Positions 1 through 13,422 are shown, numbered from the stretch's first letter. The stretch is DNA of 64,000 bases from Hormiphora californensis (GCA_020137815.1 CM035358.1:6448001-6512000), one strand, 5' to 3'. Notes: generated by a model from the letters alone, not told the origin. Numbers and translations: made by a program.

Positions 1-50
1 TTCGGTTCGGTTCGGTTCGGTGGAAAAAAACCCGGTTCGGTCGTTTCCTG
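1..50. repeat. (TTCGG)n run and MITE-like terminus (TTCGGTCG...TTCCTG)
   Basis: Four TTCGG units, then a degenerate copy of the terminal motif of the hAT-like MITE family seen elsewhere in the window. Confidence 0.5.
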
Positions 51-69
51 ATGAAAGGGTGTCCCTTAC

Positions 70-3000
70 CATTGTTCCAGGTTACATCCTGTCCGAGTGA
101 GGAGGTGTAGGTACATGTCAGGTTTAGACTCTCTCCGTTCACCCCGTAGACAGTAGAATCTGGACCAATTGCCAAGCCTGGGGACAATATTAATTGTTGA
201 TCATGTGAAGTCACGGGAGAGAATGAGAAGCTCAGGACTAAATTAAGATGTGTCAAGTTAACATGAGTCTAGTTAACATGTGTCAAGTTAGCATGTGCCA
301 AGCTAACATATATGTCAAGTTAACATGTGTCAAGTTAACATGTCAAGTTAACATGTCCAACTAATTAACTGACCTTGGGAAAAGATCTTGGCAGATTTAG
401 ACACCAGCTCCATGGCTCCAGCGTTATTGTATGTTGCGGTACATTGAACACTCTTGTCGTCTAGTTCAGAGGTAGCAGTTATATTTAGACTGTCACTGGT
501 TTCACCCGATTTAACGGATCCATCCACTGTCCTGTAGAGAGGATAAGATTTTTATAATATTTTATAAAATATAATATGTATATATATAATAATAATAATA
601 TAGAATATTTTATAAAAATGAGGGCCTAGATATACAGGAAGGGGTGAGTTTGGTGCACTTTCTCTATGGTCCTTTTCGGTAAAAGTGAAAAAGTATTAAC
701 TAACCATTTGTATGTTGGTGTGTAGCTGTTAGGAACTGTCGCCCTAGCAACACAACTAAATACAGCTCTTTCACCCGTTTCTCCACTCCACTCTACCGGT
801 TCAGTGGTGAATGCTGCAAGAGGTATGTGTGAGTTGTGACTAATTGTGAGGATGGGACATAACCTATAAACTTTAGGTCATAAAGTAAGAAATAAATCAA
901 ATGTTAAAATATACGTGTGAGTTGATCTATACCGAACCCTCACAGAGCGCGTATGAGCTACACAACGTGTTGCTAGAAACTATAGTTCGAAGTAAAATTG
1001 GTTGTTACATCATTTGAAATATCAATCAACAAGTAAATCCCATAATCATAGTCATACATCTCTCACCTGGTATATCAAGAGAAACAGAGCCAGTAATATT
1101 TCGCGTGACATCACTGCCCAAGTTGAACAGGAAACTACATTCCCAGTCTCCCTCATCAGCTGTATAACTTATTGCTGATTTGGTGTTTTTTAGGGAGTCA
1201 GTACTAGAGAGAGAAGAGCTCCATCCTGATTGTTCTACGCCCTTCAGTGTCCTGAGATAGATAACGGATTAGAAACAATGGCTCTCAATAGTAATGGTGC
1301 AGTGAGATATGGTAAGGTATGGTGAAAGAGATTGAAACAGTGACTCAATGTCGTTCCATAGTCGAGGGTGGAAGCTGCGTAAACAACACTATTCGAGGGT
1401 TGACGGCAATAGTTTGTCATACTGCATGACTGTAACATCACGCCACGGTAGGGGGGTGAGGTAACAAAATGACGACGCAGCGCTGCTTACCATTTGGTAG
1501 ATTTGATGGAAGTGGATAGGTCTGTCAAGTTGCAGAACAAACTGGCAGTATCTCCATCTTCCTCGACAACTCCGGGACTGGTTAACTCTGTAGAGAGGTG
1601 TGTTAACATGTTACCATGGTTACAGAGGTGTGTTAACATGTTACCATGGTTACAGAGAGGTGTGTTAACATGTTACTATGGTTACAGAGGTGTGTTAACA
1701 TGTTACCATTATTACAGAGGTGTGTTAACATGTTACCATGGTTACAGAGAGACGTGTTAACATGTTACCATGGTCACAGAGGTGTTAACATGTCACAGGC
1801 TGAATAAAGAAGATTAGCGGGTGTGCTTTAATTTGAATTGTAAGTGTTATTTGCTGAAAGAGTGCTGACAAAATGCCAAAAATCTGACACACGGTTACCT
1901 AGCGCGTGGATGGGGGAAGAGTGCTCTTACTATATAACTTAGCACCACCTCCTGGGGACAGTTTCACATGCAGATAGAGGGGGGAGAGAGAGGAGGAAGG
2001 GAGAATAAAAACTATTTCTAAACAGCAAGTTTCCCATGCTCCACAATTTCCCTCTCTGAATCCCAACCTTTTTTATTTTAACTGACCAACAATCTAACCA
2101 GCTTGATTAGTCGCCCTGTTTAGTTGGTATCTACTAGGCGAGAGCCCTTGGAGGGGTAGTATATGCTGCCTACTAACCACCCTAACTTCTCCAGCAAGGG
2201 GCAGGCACTACCAAACCACAACCACTATAGAACTTACCGATATGATCAACAGAGACAAGTTGAGTAAACTGTGGTTTCTCCTCACCCAGCTTCAACACCA
2301 GGGTAACATTATAGCTGGTGTCAGTTGTCAAATCATTCACCTAGAGGAAGGGTAGAATTATTGCCTCTTTTTCATTAACTCGACCAATTTCACCCACCCT
2401 TCTTTGGTGGAGAAATCAGTCAACTCAGAAAAAGTAATTTCCAGATCTCTGAACTAAGAAAAATATAATTTAACTCACGTTTAAACCATCGTTAGTTTCA
2501 GTGTATGTTCTCAGTTCATCAGAACGTAGCTGACCATCTGAAAATAGCCCATGTTAACCACATGTCGCCATGGAGATTGGTTATAGTTACCATGGTAACT
2601 TAACATTGTTACCATTGTTACATACCTGTATCGTTCCAAGATATACTGTCCACGGTTATTCCAGTTGTTGTGTTCAAGTTAGATATGATAACGCGTGCTA
2701 ACGTGTTCATACCATCTGTTATCACATCATTCACAGCTGTTAACTCTGTGGAAATTAGGGTTCAATTTGAGGAGGATAACAACATGTTAGCTCTGTACAA
2801 ATTAGGGTTCAATGTGAGGAGGATAACAACATGTTAACTCTGTACAAACTAGGGTTAAATGTGAGTAAGACATGTACGGGTATCATGCTGCCAGACCAAC
2901 CCCTCCTACCCCATCCCTTCCTCACCCCGTCCCCCACTTACCGAACACCTCCAGATGAACCACTTTAGAAGAACTACTACCGTCCACATTCACAGAGCAG

Positions 3001-6000
3001 GTGTAAACTGAGTCTTCTGTCGCCATGGCAACCGTTAGTACTGTCGTACCCTTGATGCCATCTCCACTTCCCTCCTCTACCCAGGTGTAATCTGAATCTG
3101 CCAACTTCGTACCTTAGGAGACAAGGAGGGGGTTAGAATGCAATACTACCATGCCACTATAGGTTGGACACACCCTTGTAGTATATGATAATCCTGTTTA
3201 AATCCTACCGTTATTTAAGGTGATATATCGTAGTTTTGTACCTACCGTTTGCGTCTGTCCAGGTGATATCGGATGCGGTAACGTTATCATGGTAACCATC
3301 CAACCAACAGGTCAGCGGTACACTCGAGGTATTCGTTAAAACAACACTGTCCGTAGCGTGTAGCCCTGAAATGTGTCAATATTAGCAGACACACCCAGTA
3401 ATGCAGGACAATTGGTGATTGGGGTCGATATACTAGCATGGATTACAACCCCAAACAGAATTAATGTATTCAGCCCTAGATCTGGATTATGGGCCCTAGA
3501 TGACGAACTTGAAACTCTTTGTTTCTATGGAAACTCACCAAAGACCCTCAGCTCCGCAGTCTGGGTCCAATTTCTCTCATTTGTGACGACCTTGCATGTA
3601 ACTTCAGTGTCGCTAGTTACAGATGTAACTGATAGAGTACTGTTCATATCGGTACCCTCGTAGTCTTCCACAACGACCTGTTGGGGAGGAGGTGGTCAAC
3701 TGGGGGGGGGGGGGTTCATGACCTATAAACTGGTTGGAGGAGGTGGTCAACTATACCATCGCCTGCTACTTGTGGTACCCCCGTGTTCTTTCACGGCGAG
3801 TATCATTATCATGCTATCGGAGAACCAATCATTATAATGAAGGAGTCAGTGCCGAAAAAGAAACTAAAAAGGAGCCCGATATTCGGGACCAAAACATGAA
3901 AACTATACCCTGGAAACGTACCGTGTATTTTTCACTGTCTGTCTCGTCGTCATATTCTTCACCAGCCACAATCCAAACAATACTAGGTTCAGTTTTAATA
4001 CCGGTAACCTCGCAGGTCAATGTAGCGTTACTTCCCGACAACACTTCGATCGTTTCAATTTCAATCTCTGAATATATTAGGAGAGACTGTTAGCTGGAAT
4101 TGGATTGTTAAAGGGGATTGTAAGTTGAAAATAAACGGCACTATACGTGGAAAGACAACGAAACAGAAAACAAATTATACATCCGTGATAAAAACCAGGA
4201 ACCGACCGAATCAGGAAATACTGGTCCCTGATTGGCTGATAACCAGTCACGTGACCTAAATAACGAGTTTTGATTGGTTGTTTAATTGTTTCGGTCGGTT
4301 CCTGATGAAAACCTACCAAAAACATCCATTTCAGGATTCGCGGATTTAGGAGAATCACTCCCCCAATCACTTGATTCTACAGTACAAGTGAAAGTGGTAT
4401 CCGCTGCTGCTTCATTCACAGTCAATATCGATGTCATTGTATAACCAGTTGTTACATCACTATTGACGACACTGTAACTGCTATCTCCATCTAGGTCGGT
4501 GACATCTGCTGTTGACCATGTGACATTAGGTTTTGATTTCATCCCAGTTACACTACATGTTAGGGTAGCTCGATTTGATACTTGTACCACCGTATCATTC
4601 GTTGTAACCTCTGAAAATTTAGTAATTAGGAGCGGATCAGGGCGATATTTTATTAACGTTTTAGTTAAAATGAATATTTAAGTTTTAGTTAATTTAACCC
4701 GTTCGCGTTGGAGAGGATTGGGTCTCAGTTGGGTCTCACATGAACATTGAACCACCTTGCTTACCAAAGTTGAGAATTGTCAGGCTCATTTCTGTACTGC
4801 TTTCCGCAGAATCCGTGAAGGAACCAGAAGTTATGTTACAAGTGAATGTTTCTGTGCCCGGTGAGTTGCTACCCCTCAGGGCTGCAAGTTTGGATGGTGT
4901 AATCTCCAGTGTTGCCTCTTGTGTTCCATCAGTGTTGGTTCCAGAGGAAATAGTGTAATTTGTTCCATCTGATGATATAGCACCACCGGTCTCACTAACC
5001 CACTCAACAGTGGCCGCGGTGTCACCGTCCAGATCCGTTATGGTGCAGGTTAGTGTTGCAGTTTCTGAGCTCGTCACTACTTGATTAGCCAATGCTACAT
5101 CTGAAACGATAGGGGAGTATAAGTAAAATGGTTGAATTGTTCATACACAGTGTCCAGCTGTACCCGACACTCTTAGAGGAAGAAGAACAGTGTCCAGTGA
5201 CTCAATAAAATGGAAGAGTGATGAACAATGAAATAAAATGCACATAGAACTCGAAAATAATTCGTATTGTGCTTCATGTAACAACATGCCTGGCTATATT
5301 ATCAAAAAAAGACTCGCAGAATACAGGAAGCATTGAAATAAGGCAAGGCTTGAAACTTTTTTTAAAAAGAAAGAAAGTTTGAAAGAAAGTTTGAAAAGCC
5401 AAGTTACCTCTTTTTCTTCTATAACTCTCTAAATGGAATTGGGTTAATTGCTAGTATCTTCGGCATTTTCGATTAACAAATCTCACCAATTGTGAGATTT
5501 ACATTTTAAAAGTTTCTTATGAAAAGGTTCTTACTAAAATAAAGCGTTTCTTAAAAAACGAGAGTAAGGTATGGTCGTGGAAAGTTTTCAACACAGTGGC
5601 AAGTCACTGTCCGCACATCCGCAATCAAGACTATGCAGTGCCTCGCTTTATTCAGGGATACTATCCATATATCACATAACACGTTGCCTGAGCCGTCCTG
5701 AAAGCGTTCAGCTGAACAATTATTGATCAACTAACCGTATACGTAGAGTTGGACAGTGCTGGTTACGGTTCCAGTCCAATCATCCGACTCCACTGAGCAT
5801 GTAAAGTTTTGATCGTCAGTTACAGCACTAGCATCCACGGTTAAAGTAGCAATCTGTTCACCATTAGAATAACTTCCATCATCAATCGTGTAGGTGTCTC
5901 CACTAGATTCTATTTCACTACCATCAGATTTAAACCAAGATATGGAGCTCACTTCATCGGTTATCCCCGTTATTAGGCAGGTGAGGACGGTCTCAGTTCC

Positions 6001-9000
6001 GGTTTTAACCTCCCTGCTTTGACCTAGGTGTTGTTTTTTTGTTGTTATAAGAAACGTTAGATAAATAACAGAAATATAGCTTACTTCTAATAACTTACCC
6101 AATTTTTCAAGTATCGTTAGGGTCATATCTGTGCTGCTTTGAGCAGAAGCCGTGTAGGTGCCAGAGGTAACTTTGCAAGTGAATTTTTCTGTGCCTGGTG
6201 AATTGCTACCCCTCAGAGATGCAAGTTTGGATGGTGTGATCTCCAGTGTTGCCTCTTGAGTTCCATCAGTGTTGGTGCCAGAGGAAATAGTGTAATCGGA
6301 ATCACTTGATGATATCTCACTATCAGTCCCACTAACCCAAACTATTTCAGCGTTAGCATCGCCAGTCAGGCCAGTTATTTGACAAGTCAAAGTTGCTGTG
6401 ACATCTTCAGACACCGTCCTATCACCAAATGTAACAGCTGAAAGAGAAACATTGGATTGAATGTTTTCGTCTTCGACGACTTTTGTTTAAAATGCATGGA
6501 AAATGACTAGGGCGGACGAGAATTAGTTGTTGAGTTGATGTTGTGTGCGGCTAAAAAATTGAACCGCCCTAGTCATATATGCCGTACAGTGAACAGATTA
6601 TTGCTTACCAATGCACTAAAGTGAACGGTTCACTTTAGTGCGTTGGTAAGCAATCATCTGTTCCTTCTGAGTTACGAACGCTTTGCAACCAAAAGAAAAT
6701 GTTGATTAAGCTTACCATAGACGTCCAGATTAACAGTACTATTGAATTCAACGGTACTATCCGTTTCCCCATACTGCACAGAACAGGTGAAGACCGTATC
6801 GTTAGTTACAGCACTAGAAGCCACTGTTAAAGTAGCTATCTGTTGACCATTAGAATAACTTCCATCATCAATAGTGTAGTCTCCACCGTTTTCCAGATTG
6901 ACACCAGATGCATCATACCAGGCAATATCAGTGACATCGTCAGTAAAACCAGTTATCAGGCAGGTCAGGATGGTCTCTGTTCCAGTTTTAACTTCCCTGT
7001 CCTTAGCGGATACATCTGAAAAAGGTTTTATCTATTAAATGGTGGATGCTTTCGTCGTTGGAGTGAAGCACACATCCATGGGGTTCTTAACAAAAAGTAT
7101 ATTTCTTTGTATAGAAACTTACTAAAGACCCCCAGCTCCGCAGTCTGGGTCCAATTTCCATCGTTTGTGATAACCTTGCATGTAATTTCAGTGTCGCTAG
7201 TTACAGATGTAACTGTCAGAGTACTACTGATCCCTTCATTTGCATAATTACCTACAGAAACCTGTCGGGAATGATGTAAAGTGTGAACGTCTTGTGCACA
7301 AAACGGAGCACTTCACGAGCACCATATGTTGTGTATTTTAGATTCAAGACTTCATTTCACGCATCCCCCGTTAACATTCTTAAAAATCGGACTTTCGACC
7401 TTAGCTTTGGACCAATTTAGATTTAGGAGAAAAACAGTCCTGTCATGGGACACCCCCGGCCTATTTTATCCGAAGACCCAAAACGCACCGTGTATGTTCC
7501 ACTGTCTGTCTCATCATCATATTCTTCACCAGCGACAATCCACACTATGTTATCAGGTTCGGTCCCAATACCAGTAACTTCGCAGGTCAATGTAGCGTTA
7601 TTACCCGAGTGCACTTCAATGGTATCAATTTCAATCTCTGTGTATTAGGAGGGACTGTTAGAGGTATTGTTAACAAAAAGTAAATTGTATCTTTGTTTCT
7701 ATGGAAACTCACCAAAGACACCCAGCTCCGCAGTTTGGGTCCAATTTCCCTGATCTGTGATAACCTTGCATGTAACTTCAGTGTCGCTAGTTACAGATGT
7801 AACTGATAGAGTACTGCTGATGTCTTCATCTGTATAATTACCTACAGAAACCTGTCGGGAATGATGTAAAGTGTGAACGGCTTGTGTGCAAAACGGAGCA
7901 TTTCACACGCACCACATGCCATATGCTACCATTTTAGGTTCAAGACTTCATTTCACAATCTTAAAAATCAGACTTTCGACCTTAGCTTTGGACAAATTTA
8001 GATTTAGGAGAAAAACAGTCCTGTCATGGGACACCCCCTGCTTATTTTATCTGAAGACCCGAAACGCACCGTGTATGTTCCACTGTCTGTCTCGTCATCA
8101 TATTCTTCACCAGCCACAATCCACACTATGTCGGTAGGTTCGGTCCCAATACCGGTAACTTCACAGGTCAGTGTAGCGTTATTACCCGAGTGCACTTCAA
8201 TGGTATCAATTTCAATCTCTGAATATTATGAGGGACTGTTAGAGGAGTTGTTAGCTAGAAAGAATCTTCAGAAGGATATACAGTCGGACCCCGATTTCCC
8301 CCGAGCATCCTGGTAATCGGTGTCCAATTGCAGTAAATGCAACCGTGTCTCTGGACTTCGATTCTACAACCTACCAAAACCTACCAAAAACGTCCATTTT
8401 AGGGTTCGCGGATTCAGTCGAATCACTATATTCCACAGTGCACGTGAAAGTGGTATCCGCTGCTGCACTTTCCACAGTCAATACAGATGTCATTGTAAAT
8501 GCATCTGTAACATCACTGTCTTCGACACTGTACCCGCTTTCTCCATCACCAAGGTCGGTGACATTTGCCGTTGACCATGTGACAGTAGGGTCGGATTGAA
8601 CTCCAGTTACACTGCATGTCAGGTTAGCTGATTGTGACACCTGCACCACCGTATCTTCAGTTGTCACCCCTGAAATTGGGTTATCATGATTTAAAACAAT
8701 CTTCAGTCGCCTGAATCTACCGTTACAGTGGTGCTTGGAAAACGGTATTCAAATACGGTATTCAAATACAGTATTTTGTGTGCTAAACGTAGGATATGAG
8801 GGTTTGATAGTAAATCAAAGTATTGAAAGCGTGCTCGATCGGCACTCAAACGTTCAGATTGGCATAACACGGTAGCGCTCTGATTGGTCAATCTCGTGCG
8901 TCTTCTTACTGTAAATTATATGATCAATACCGCTTTCTCAATACAAGCAGCCTTCTGGTTGATTTTGAAAAGCTAAAATCAACAGCTTGCTTACCTAAGT

Positions 9001-9816
9001 TTAGAATTGTCAGAGTCATAACTGTGCTGCTTTGAGCAGAAGCCGTGTAAGTTCCAGAGGTAACTTTGCAAGTGAATGTTTCTGTGCCCGGTGAATTGCT
9101 ACCCCTCAGGGTTGCAAGTTTAGTTGATGAAATCTGCAGCGTAGCTTCTTGAGTCCCACCAGTGTTGGTGCCAGAGGAAATAGTGTAATCAGAACCACTT
9201 GATGATATCTCATTATCGGTCCCACTAACCCATACAATAGTCGCATCAGCACCGTCTGTCAGGCCGGTTATTTGACAAGTCAACGTTGCTGTGACATCAT
9301 CAGAGACTGTCATATCACCAAATGTAACAGCTGAAAGACATCAGAGTGAATGTTTTCGTCTTCGACGACGTTCATTTAGTGGGCCATCTACACACGGCCA
9401 ACTCAATTAACATAAAATACTACGAACATTGAACAACGCGAAGAAAATTTACCGTAGACGTCTAGATTAGCAGTTCCATTGATTTCCTTGAGGGTACTAT
9501 TCTCTTGAGTATAAACCACAGAACAGGTGAAGACTAGATCGCTTGTTACAGCACTAGATGCCACTGTCAAAGTAGCGCTCTGCTGACTGTTTGCAAAAGT
9601 TCCATTGCTTATCGTGTAATCTCCACCACTATCTAGACTGATACCCGATTCATACCAAGAAGTTTCATTCACTCCCTCGGTAATCCCCGTTATTAGGCAG
9701 GTCAGTACGGTCTCGGTTCCGGTTTTAACTTCCCTGCTCTGACCAGTTACCGCAACCGATCCGTTGCACACGGTACATAATAAAAGAGTTGAAAGTAGAA
9801 AGAGGACATGGGGCAT
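70..9816 (-). CDS. Multi-exon tandem immunoglobulin-domain secreted or cell-surface protein (signal peptide plus more than 12 Ig-like domains; 3' end lies off the left edge)
   Basis: ATG at 9816 begins MPHVLFLLSTLLLCTVCNGS (signal-like). Exons repeatedly encode the Ig pattern LTC-x(10-14)-W...(S/A)TLT(V/I)...(F/Y)TC, with GT-AG boundaries at ~9451-9816, 8994-9331, 8385-8670, 8070-8219, 7712-7852, 7490-7637, 7122-7262, 6715-7016, 6098-6438, 5735-6025, 4764-5101, 4316-4610, 3921-4068, 3539-3678 and smaller exons down to 70-177. Confidence 0.85.
1590..1795. repeat. Intronic ~30-bp minisatellite (AGAGGTGTGTTAACATGTTACCATGGTTAC, ~7 copies)
   Basis: Directly visible tandem copies next to a minus-strand splice acceptor. 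Confidence 0.9.
4196..4304. mobile_element. hAT-like MITE (~109 bp)
   Basis: TIR CAGGAACCGACCGAA...TTCGGTCGGTTCCTG; degenerate 8-bp TSD ATAAAAAC/ATGAAAAC; further copies at 32880, 47140, 53274 and 54263. Confidence 0.85.
7120..8260. repeat. ~580-bp tandem segmental duplication (two exons plus introns of one split Ig domain)
   Basis: 7120-7680 and 7700-8260 are near-identical, including intron sequence; ORFs 7423..7614 and 8004..8195 are almost identical. Confidence 0.9.
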
Positions 9817-11147
9817 CCTGCAATGGAGATGGTGTTGAACTTTTCTAGTAAATGTCAATGGAAGATGAGTGGAGAACTATAGTTCGGTATTATCAATGTT
9901 CAATATGATCATAATAGTGCATCTCCAAAACAATCGAGAAAATTTCAAAAAAAAATGACAGGAACTGAGATTCCAACGTTGATGTTTATGAAGACACAAC
10001 GAGCCAACAGTCGAATCCGAGGCCCACCAGAGCAGGGGACACCAGCACCCATAGCTGGAGATGTCACTTGTCAGATGCCCCCGGCCCCCGTTGTGGCCTG
10101 TGATTGGTTGAAATCTCAAATCGGTCACACGGTGCAGATCTGAAAGTTAAGTAGAATGCTCATTGCTCATGCTGCAGCGCAGTGCGGCATATGGCAGCTA
10201 CAGAGAAACAACAACCCGACACCGCATGGCAGTGGGCAACGTTTTTCAACCAGATTTGATTTTTGATTTTTGTTCTGAAATTTTTAACTTTTTTCAGTAA
10301 AAATTTTTATTTTATCACGTTTTGCTCCGCGCGCGGTATGACATTTAAAAATGTTGTGCACATTAAACGCGGCGGCGAAAAAGTTTGCAAAAACGATGCA
10401 AAAGGGAGCCGCGCAGTTTTTACGCAAACTCGCGACGCGTCGAAGTTTTTAGAACTTTTCAAAAACTTTTCTGTTGGAATGCGCTGCAGCCCCCTCATGC
10501 GCGCACCCCCGCAACGAGGGGACTGGAGGGAATGCCGCGCGCGCGTTTGGCCTGATCCCGGCTGGGTCGAAGATAACTTTGCGGTCGAAAAAACGGCGGT
10601 GCTTATAACTTTGGCTCCTGAAGTCCGTTTGACTTGATTCTTTCACCAGTTGTTAGATCTGACGATTATCTACCTTGCTGTTTTTGAGAGAAGTTAATTG
10701 GACTTAAGGAGGCTGAGCAATAGCCGTTGAAAGATGGGTTGTTTTCAAAAAGTGACGTCACAGATTCTTGCAGGGACACCTTTTTTAAAATTTCATTCAA
10801 ATTTTGATTTTACCGCACTCGATTTTGCGGAGTTTGGTTCATATCTCCTGTTCCTGATAAGATAGAGACCTGAAACCGGTTGCATTTGAAAGCTGTTATC
10901 TTCCTCTTTCCAACGCTACCAAAACGATTTCTGTACCTTATCTGGAACCGGAGATATGATTGATTGTGTATTCCCCCCTAGCGCGGTATTCCCTCCAGGC
11001 CCCTTATATTATATTATAAGGGGCCTGCAACGTATGCCAAACTTTTCTGACTTTTTTGAAGAAGAGATTGAGGGGCGAAGGCAGCAGGGACGAGCAGATA
11101 TACCAAGTTGGGCAACTGACTATTTATATATTTAATTTATTACAGAT

Positions 11148-12929
11148 TTGATTATTGTTAAGTGTATACACGTATTTATATTCAGGCCGATGTTGGCCGC
11201 CACCCCCCACTTTTTTGAAACTTTGCATGCGGAGCCTCGGAAATGTTCAAGTCATGCACATACCAAACTCTTCCTATACAATGGCGAATATATTATGTCG
11301 TGTGAAGGTACTACCCAAGGAGACAACGCTGCTTCTCCTTTCTATTCCATCTCTCTGTACCCCCTGATGAACGATCTATCGGACTGTACGGACTTTCAAT
11401 TGTTCTACGCTGATGATGGGGCTTCAGCTGGGAAACTCCATAACATCAAGAGGTGGTGGGAGAAACTCTGTGAGCGTGGTCCAGGATATGGGTACTACCC
11501 TAATGGGTCAAAGTCAATCCTCCTGGTGAAAGAGCAGTATGCCCGTAAAGCTAGAGATCTTTTTGCGGGCACAGGAGTAGTTATCACCACAGAAGGAGTC
11601 AGGTATCTGGGATCACCTATCGGAACTGACGAATTTAAGAACAACTTCGTATCCGAAAAGGTGGAGGATTGGGTGAACCAAGTACGAACACTGTCCCAGA
11701 TCGCTGCTACGGAACCACAGTGTGCTTACAGTGGGTATACCTTCGGTCTGTCCAAGAAATGGCTTTTTCTGATGCGGACTACAGAGGGGATTGAAGAACA
11801 GTTTGCACCTCTTGAGAACATGATCAAGTCATCTTTCATTCCAGCCCTTATGGGTTCCAACACCCCTAGCCATCTGAGGTATATTGCTGCCCTACCTGCT
11901 CGAGACGGCGGGCTAGCTATCCCCATCCCAACTACACAGGCTAGTGCTGAATTTGCGAACTCTACACAGGCTACAGAACCCCTGAAACAGCTGATCCTTG
12001 AACAATCTCTTCTTATCAGCGAAAAACGTGCTGATTCATGCCTTTGGGAAGCGAAGGGAGCGAAGGGCAATGTATTAAAACTTAAACGTACTATTCAAAA
12101 TGCCGAAAAACAACAGGCATGTTCACTTCTGTCTGGTACTGACAGGCGTTTATTCGATGAAATATCATCGAGAGGAGCTTCAAGCTGGTTAACAGCCTTG
12201 CCTTTGAAGGAGCACGGTTTCGTCCTAAATAAACAACAATTCCGGGACGCCATTCTGCTTCGATACAACCTTCCCCTTGAAGATGTACCCGCTGCATGTG
12301 CGTGTGGCAAGTCGAACACTTTGGAGCACTGTCTCTCGTGTGCCCTGGGAGGTTACGTGTATTTACGGCACAATAACATCCGAGACCTCACAGCTAACAT
12401 CCTCGTGGAAGCCGGCTGCAAAGACGTTCGCATTGAGCCGCAGCTCCTACCCATAACTGGTGAAACATTCCAATACCGTTCTACTAACACTGCTAACAGT
12501 GCCCGTTTGGATGTTTCTGCCCGTAATGTGTGGAGTGACTTGGACAAAGTTTACACTGACATCCGTGTATTCAACAGTCTTGCGCCAACCAACATCGGCA
12601 AATCTCTCCAGGACACTATGAGGAGACACGAGAGGGAAAAAGTTTTGAATTACAACGACAGAGTCCTTCAGGTCGAGAAGGCAACTTTCACACCTCTAGT
12701 CTTCTCAACAACTGGGGTTATGGGCCCCCAAGCGGAGGTGTTCTACAAGAAGGTTGCTAAACTTTTATCAGACAAAACGGGACATACTTACAACGATGCC
12801 ATCCGGTACATTCGTCTCCGTCTGTCTTTCTCGCTGCTGAAGACCATTCTCATCGCCATCAGGGGGTACAGGGGCAATAAATGGACACATTTTTGTAGCA
12901 AAACAAACGATTTTCACCTTATTATCTGA
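11148..12929 (+). CDS. Retrotransposon ORF: RT C-terminal part, CCHC zinc knuckle and RLE endonuclease (the first ~38 codons are flanking, non-element sequence)
   Basis: GTTQGD, FYADD, VRYLGSPIG; C-A-C-G...EHCLSC...RHNNIRD; RLDV...TDIRV...EREK..Y...FTPLVFSTTG. Confidence 0.88.
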   Translation: MIIVKCIHVFIFRPMLAATPHFFETLHAEPRKCSSHAHTKLFLYNGEYIMSCEGTTQGDNAASPFYSISLYPLMNDLSDCTDFQLFYADDGASAGKLHNIKRWWEKLCERGPGYGYYPNGSKSILLVKEQYARKARDLFAGTGVVITTEGVRYLGSPIGTDEFKNNFVSEKVEDWVNQVRTLSQIAATEPQCAYSGYTFGLSKKWLFLMRTTEGIEEQFAPLENMIKSSFIPALMGSNTPSHLRYIAALPARDGGLAIPIPTTQASAEFANSTQATEPLKQLILEQSLLISEKRADSCLWEAKGAKGNVLKLKRTIQNAEKQQACSLLSGTDRRLFDEISSRGASSWLTALPLKEHGFVLNKQQFRDAILLRYNLPLEDVPAACACGKSNTLEHCLSCALGGYVYLRHNNIRDLTANILVEAGCKDVRIEPQLLPITGETFQYRSTNTANSARLDVSARNVWSDLDKVYTDIRVFNSLAPTNIGKSLQDTMRRHEREKVLNYNDRVLQVEKATFTPLVFSTTGVMGPQAEVFYKKVAKLLSDKTGHTYNDAIRYIRLRLSFSLLKTILIAIRGYRGNKWTHFCSKTNDFHLII

Positions 12930-13189
12930 TTTATTTATACTTAACTTATTACACCCGTAAGAGTAAATTTTATTTTTATATCTATTCATGTAAATAATAT
13001 TGTACTGACATATTTTCTATTTGAACCGGTACCCCGGCCTTCGCAAAAAAAAGTCATGCACTGTGCACATTCAAGTCACGCCCACCAATCACAGCGCAGA
13101 ACAGCTATTGTGTTCCGCGCATTCTGCGCTGTGATTGGTGGGCGTGACTTGAATGTGCATGACTTGAACATTTCCGAGGCTCCTCATGC
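11225..13189. mobile_element. Palindromic MITE interrupted by a retrotransposon
   Basis: GCATGCGGAGCCTCGGAAATGTTCAAGTCATGCACAT (11225-11261) is the near-perfect reverse complement of 13153-13189. The inner arms TTCAAGTCACGCCCACCAATCACAGCGCAGAA / TTCTGCGCTGTGATTGGTGGGCGTGACTTGAA lie at ~13070-13153. Confidence 0.75.
11260..13052 (+). mobile_element. 5'-truncated CRE-clade-like non-LTR retrotransposon (RT plus restriction-like endonuclease)
   Basis: A8 tail at 13045-13052; TSD AAGTCATGCAC at 11249-11259 and 13051-13061; the RT begins mid-domain. Confidence 0.85.
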
Positions 13190-13422
13190 TGTTGGAATGC
13201 CCTCAGCCCTTGAAAAGCGCTGCGTTATCCCGCACTGTGTGTGGGGTCTGTAGTATCGCCAACATGCGATGCAGCTTGCCGGGCAAAGTTAAAATCTGGG
13301 TGCCTTCCATTGCTGATGATCTATCGATTTTGGCGGTCAAGACGGGTTAGGGCTGTCGAAACCCCCTGTTTAGGTACGCCTGTTCAGGTGTGCATAATAA
13401 AACACAGCTCTTTTTATAGAAG

